Positions 43,236 to 46,968 of a stretch of DNA of 46,968 nucleotides are shown here, piece after piece (positions within the stretch are counted from its first letter, which is position 1; each line of letters opens with the position of its first letter). The translations under genes were made by a program, and so were the position numbers. Below the pieces are notes generated by a model. The model was given only the letters and a program-made list of their open reading frames with translations, did no database searches and was not told the origin of the DNA. The stretch comes from Bacillota bacterium (lineage in GTDB: Bacteria > Sysuimicrobiota > Sysuimicrobiia > Sysuimicrobiales > Segetimicrobiaceae): contig JAJPJL010000085.1 in assembly GCA_021324255.1 (NCBI GenBank), forward strand, positions 1-46,968, in the 5' to 3' direction.

Positions 43236-44834
43236 TCACCGCGTGCTCCACGTCTCCGGCGGCGTCGTGCCGAACGTCGTGGCAACGTACCCGTGGACGT
43301 TCGCCGCGACGGCATCGGTGTTCACGTACCAGAACAGAAAGATCACGGGCACGTCGCGCTGTTCGAGCGCTTGGATGCGCCGGTAGATCTCCAGGCGCCG
43401 CGCCGGGTCCACGGCAGCGTCGGCCTGGTCGAGCAGGGCGTCCATCTCGGGATTGCGGTACCGCTCCGCGTTCTCGCCGGCGCCGTTGGCGTCGGCCGGA
43501 ATGTAGGCGGAGCTCCAGTTGATGCGGTTCTCGGGAAAGACACCCTGACTCCACGAAAAGATCAGCGCCGCGTCTCTGCCGTTCCACTGCGGACCGTTCT
43601 GTCCAAACAGCGCCGCCGAACTGACCGCATGGGTGTCGGTCGCCACGCCGGCGGCGCGCCACGCCTGTGCGATGATCTGCATGGCCTGGACGAAGTAGAG
43701 CCGGGTCGAGACCGTCCACAGCGGCACCTCGAGGCGCGCGCCGTCCTTCGTGAACGACCCGTCCGCGCCCCGCACAAATCCCGCCGCGCGAAGCAGCCCG
43801 CGCGCCCGTTCCGGATCGTAGGGGCGCGGCGCGAGACCGCGGTCCGCCCAGGGGCCGTCCGGGACCATGTCGCTCACCGCCGGGGCGGCCTGCCCCCGCA
43901 TGACGTCCTTGATGATCGGCGCCTTGGGCGTCGCGAAATCCAGCGCCTGCCGCACCCGCACGTCGCGCAGAAATTGATACTCGTCCAGCTGGACGAGCGC
44001 GTAGGTCGACGTGAGATACCGCTGGAGCGTGATACCCGGGAACCGGCGGACTTCGTCGAGCCGCGCCGGCGGCACGCCCTGGAGCACGCTCAGGTCGCCC
44101 GCGCGCAGAAGGTTGACCTGGGTGTTCTGGTCGGGCACGATGCGGACGACGATCTGGCGCAGCTTCGGCCTGGGCCCCCAGTAATAGGGATTCGCCCGCA
44201 ATGTCACATGATCGTCGGCGACGAACTCCGACACCGCGAACGGACCCGTCCCCACCGGTCTCCGGTTGAACGGTGAGCGGTTGATCTCGTCCGCCGAGAG
44301 CCCCGCAAAGAGGTGCCGCGGGACAATGGGTGCCCCGGCCACCTGCTCCCGAAACGGCGCGTACGGCGCCTTGAGATGAAATACGACCGTGGCCGGCGTC
44401 GGCGTCGCCACGCTCGCGATCCGGTCGAAGCCCGTCGCGTAGCTGATGTGTACGCCGGTGTCGGTGGCCAGCTGCCACGTGTACTTGACATCCGCCGACG
44501 TGAGCGGCTCCCCATCGGACCACCGGACGCCCGGGCGCAGCGTGTAGGTCCACGTCAACCCGTCGGCGCTGACGTGCTCGCCGGCGGCCAGCGCCGGCTC
44601 CCAACGCCCGCGCTCATCCACGCGATAGAGGCTGTCGAAGACGAACCCGTACACTTGCTGGCTGGCAAGCAGGCTGTGCAGGTATGGATTGAGATTGTCC
44701 GGGTTGTCCGAGACGACGAGGGCAAACGTGCCCGGCGCCGGAACGGCCGCGGCGAACCGCGGCCCGACCAGGGCCAGCAAGCCGCACCCACCCAACAAGA
44801 TGAGCGCCTGCCGTATCACCTTCCGATGACGCAT
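43236..44834 (-). CDS. ABC transporter substrate-binding protein, family 5 (OppA/DppA-like)
   Basis: Signal peptide MRHRKVIRQALILLGGCGLLALVGPRFAAA. SBP_bac_5 fold (…LRPGVRWSDGEPLTSADVKYTW…, …RANPYYWG…, …YVNTDAVAANVHGY…). Start at ATG 44834; an in-frame GTG at 44915 exists. Confidence 0.85.
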   Translation of the reverse strand: MRHRKVIRQALILLGGCGLLALVGPRFAAAVPAPGTFALVVSDNPDNLNPYLHSLLASQQVYGFVFDSLYRVDERGRWEPALAAGEHVSADGLTWTYTLRPGVRWSDGEPLTSADVKYTWQLATDTGVHISYATGFDRIASVATPTPATVVFHLKAPYAPFREQVAGAPIVPRHLFAGLSADEINRSPFNRRPVGTGPFAVSEFVADDHVTLRANPYYWGPRPKLRQIVVRIVPDQNTQVNLLRAGDLSVLQGVPPARLDEVRRFPGITLQRYLTSTYALVQLDEYQFLRDVRVRQALDFATPKAPIIKDVMRGQAAPAVSDMVPDGPWADRGLAPRPYDPERARGLLRAAGFVRGADGSFTKDGARLEVPLWTVSTRLYFVQAMQIIAQAWRAAGVATDTHAVSSAALFGQNGPQWNGRDAALIFSWSQGVFPENRINWSSAYIPADANGAGENAERYRNPEMDALLDQADAAVDPARRLEIYRRIQALEQRDVPVIFLFWYVNTDAVAANVHGYVATTFGTTPPETWSTR

Positions 44835-45016
44835 CGGGACCTCGCGCCGGACGCGATCACCGCGCAATGATTCAACCATTCGAGGGCCCGGCCGCGCGGG
44901 CCTTTCCGGCGGCACCCGCGCCGCTTGGCCGGCGCTCGCGCTTGCTCCCGGGCGCCGCCGCCGCGTAAGCTACTGTACGTGAACGCGGGGGTTGCGCCGC
45001 GGTGCGTCCAAGGAGG

Positions 45017-45643
45017 ATGCTGTTGAACGAGAGGACTGCGTCGAACGAATTGAGGGAGGCGGACGTTCACCCCGATCCATTCACGCAGTTCCGGTTGTGG
45101 TTGGACGACGAAGTGCGCGAGGGCCTGCGGATGCCCGCCGCCATGATCGTTGCCACGGCGACGCGCGACGGCCGCCCGTCTGTCCGCACCGTCTTGCTCA
45201 ACGGGCTCGACGCCCGCGGCCTCGTATTCTATACGAACTATGAGAGCCGCAAGGCGAAGGAACTGGCCGAGAACCCGGCGGCCGCGGCGCTCTTTTACTG
45301 GGCGAGGAGCGGCCGCCAGGTTCGCGTCGAGGGGCACGTGGTCAAAGCCTCCCTCGAGGAGTCGGACGCGTACTTCCGCGGGCGGGCGCGGGACAGCCAG
45401 ATCGGAGCCTGGGCATCACCGCAGAGCGCGGTGTTGCCCAGCCGGGCGGTTCTCGAAGATCAGGTGAGACGGCTCGCGTCGCACTATCGGGATCGCGAAG
45501 TGCCCCGGCCGCCGCACTGGGGCGGATACCGTTTGATCCCCGAGTCGTTCGAGTTCTGGCAGAGCCGGCCCAACCGGCTCCACGATCGCCTTCGATACCG
45601 TCGCGAGGACGGGCGGTGGCGCATCGAGCGGCTGGCGCCCTGA
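45017..45643 (+). CDS. pdxH: Pyridoxamine 5'-phosphate oxidase
   Basis: PdxH motifs: PDPFTQFRLWLDDE, RTVLLNGLDARGLVFYTNYESRKAKEL, the C-terminal …FWQSRPNRLHDRLRYRR… region. The start is ambiguous: GTG 45002, ATG 45017, or TTG 45023 (the last has AGGAGG at ideal spacing). Confidence 0.8.
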   Translation: MLLNERTASNELREADVHPDPFTQFRLWLDDEVREGLRMPAAMIVATATRDGRPSVRTVLLNGLDARGLVFYTNYESRKAKELAENPAAAALFYWARSGRQVRVEGHVVKASLEESDAYFRGRARDSQIGAWASPQSAVLPSRAVLEDQVRRLASHYRDREVPRPPHWGGYRLIPESFEFWQSRPNRLHDRLRYRREDGRWRIERLAP

Positions 45644-45809
45644 CGTCGTCCCGTCGGCCCGTGCGATCCCGGCGACCGTCCGGCGGCGCTCCGGCGCCGC
45701 GGCCGCGAGGAACGTTAACTCTGTTCGGGGACCGCCAACGCCGACGCGACGTCGAGACTGATGTAGATCACGTCGATCCGGTGCGGGCCGCGCGAACGGA
45801 GCGCACCCC

Positions 45810-46748
45810 GTGACCGGGCACCCGCGCCCCACGCGGCCTCGTATGCCCGAGAGCTACGGTGTTTCCGGCGATCCGGCTCCCGATCAGCCGGGAGCATGGA
45901 CCAGGATCGTCGAGCGCATCGCCGCCGCGCGCAACTACTGGGTGAGCACGACCCGCCCGGACGGCCGGCCGCACGCCATGCCTGTGTGGGCCGTGTGGCT
46001 CGACGGCGGCTTACACTTCACCACCGCGCGCGCGTCGCGGAAGGCGCGCAATCTGCGGCACAACAGCGCGATCGTGATCCATCTGGAGAGCGGCGACGAC
46101 GCGTTGATCCTCGAAGGCGCCGTCGAGGAAGTCCGCGACCCCGGCACCCTTCGACGCTACGCCGCGGCCTACAAAGACAAGTATCAGTGGCGTCTCGAAG
46201 GCCGCGAGACCGCGGACGTCACGTATGTCGTCCGCCCGCGGGTCGTCTTTGCGTGGAGCGAAGCCGCGTTTCCGGCCAGCGCCACTCGATGGCTGTTCGA
46301 CACGGACGACCGCGCCGGATCGGTTCGCCGCGCCCTCCGGATCCCGGCGGTTCCGCCGGTGGTGTTTGCCTTCCTCACCGACCCGGCGAAGATCGGCCGG
46401 TGGTTCGGCGTCGAAGCCGCCGGGGATGCTCGCCCGGGGGCGTCGTACAAGCGGATCATCAACGCGGGCCACGTCGTCAGCGGTACGTACCTCGAGCTCG
46501 TGCCGGATCGCCGCATTGTGTGTACCTGGGGGTGGGTCGGGAGCGAGAAGCTCCCGCCGGGCTCCACGGTGGTCGAGATCGAGTTGCGGCCGGACGCCGG
46601 CGGCGGAACACAGCTCCAGCTCACCCACCGGGACCCGGTGACGAAATCAGGCGCGGGCCGTGCGGAGATCTGGGACCACTACCTCCCGAGACTCGCGATC
46701 GCGTCGTCTGGAGGGGACCCCGGCCCCGACCCCTGGGGTTCGGGATGA
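45810..46748 (+). CDS. Fusion protein: N-terminal PPOX-class (pyridoxamine-5'-phosphate-oxidase-like FMN/F420-binding split barrel) domain plus C-terminal SRPBCC/AHSA1-like domain
   Basis: N-terminus WTRIVERIAAARNYWVSTTRPDGRPHAMPVWAVWLDGGLHF…ALILEGAVEEV. C-terminus …PAVPPVVFAFLTDPAKIGRWFG…GHVVSGTYLELVPDRRIVCTWGW… (Aha1/BPI-like SRPBCC). Confidence 0.75.
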   Translation: MTGHPRPTRPRMPESYGVSGDPAPDQPGAWTRIVERIAAARNYWVSTTRPDGRPHAMPVWAVWLDGGLHFTTARASRKARNLRHNSAIVIHLESGDDALILEGAVEEVRDPGTLRRYAAAYKDKYQWRLEGRETADVTYVVRPRVVFAWSEAAFPASATRWLFDTDDRAGSVRRALRIPAVPPVVFAFLTDPAKIGRWFGVEAAGDARPGASYKRIINAGHVVSGTYLELVPDRRIVCTWGWVGSEKLPPGSTVVEIELRPDAGGGTQLQLTHRDPVTKSGAGRAEIWDHYLPRLAIASSGGDPGPDPWGSG

Positions 46749-46890
46749 TGCACGGCGGCCGGCATCCTGGCGTCGCCGGTGCCGCGGCTCGAGCGACAGC
46801 CGGGACTGGAATCGGCGGCGTGATCAGGCGGCCCGAGTGAATGCTTGCCAATGGGTCCCTAGGCGGGTAGGATAAGAGCGCCAGGAGGCC

Positions 46891-46968
46891 GGAGGGGTGG
46901 CCGAGCGGTCCAAGGCAACGGTTTGCTAAACCGTGACCCCTTAACCGGGGTCCGTGGGTTCGAATCCC
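46891..46968 (+). tRNA. tRNA-Ser (anticodon GCU), 3' end truncated by the window edge
   Basis: GGAGGGGUGGCCGAGCGGUCCAAGGCAACGGUUUGCUAAACCGUGACCCCUUAACCGGGGUCCGUGGGUUCGAAUCCC… has a class II tRNA with a long variable arm. Anticodon loop UUGCUAA. T-arm GGUUCGAAUCC present. The acceptor 3' strand lies beyond 46968. Confidence 0.8.

Overview
This is a roughly 70% GC bacterial chromosomal segment with actinobacteria-like gene content, carrying about 48 CDS, three tRNAs and no CRISPR or obvious mobile element. Most long six-frame ORFs are antisense shadows of real genes, an artefact of the high GC content. I called genes by recognisable motifs, signal peptides and Shine-Dalgarno sequences.

Gene content, left to right:
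- A NitT/TauT-type ABC importer (permease, ATPase, TAT-secreted binding protein) sits divergent from a DtxR-family regulator.
- A cell-envelope block follows: LCP protein, cis-isoprenyl transferase, secreted S1 protease and a GNAT acetyltransferase.
- A siroheme-plus-sulfite-reductase operon (sirC-like, cobA, cysJ, cysI) comes next.
- The middle of the window holds a methyltransferase, an NAD-epimerase, a decayed SRAP gene fragment, rpoZ, a GDE-type amylo-1,6-glucosidase next to an internally deleted GT4 remnant, and a tandem-HMA protein.
- A DyP peroxidase carrying a C-terminal SLGIGSLKG cargo peptide is translationally coupled to a family-1 encapsulin shell gene.
- An acyl-CoA synthetase and a tRNA-Arg(CCT) with an adjacent nucleotidyltransferase fragment follow.
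- A cold-shock-domain protein and a SelW-like selenoprotein with an in-frame UGA (CxxU) and a downstream hairpin come next.
- The right half carries a DUF3048 gene with oppBC-like permeases, ppa, SRPBCC proteins, an aldo/keto reductase, two secreted Gly-rich PGRS/collagen-like repeat proteins, an S41 peptidase preceded by an HTH protein with LAGLIDADG-like motifs, and tRNA-Arg(ACG).
- An otsA-otsB fusion is preceded by a ydaO-type c-di-AMP riboswitch and an intrinsic terminator.
- The window ends with a second opp-like operon (binding protein plus two permeases, no ATPases), pdxH, a PPOX-SRPBCC fusion and a partial tRNA-Ser(GCU).

The most interesting items are the c-di-AMP riboswitch in front of the trehalose genes, the UGA-containing SelW-like gene, and the DyP-encapsulin pair.
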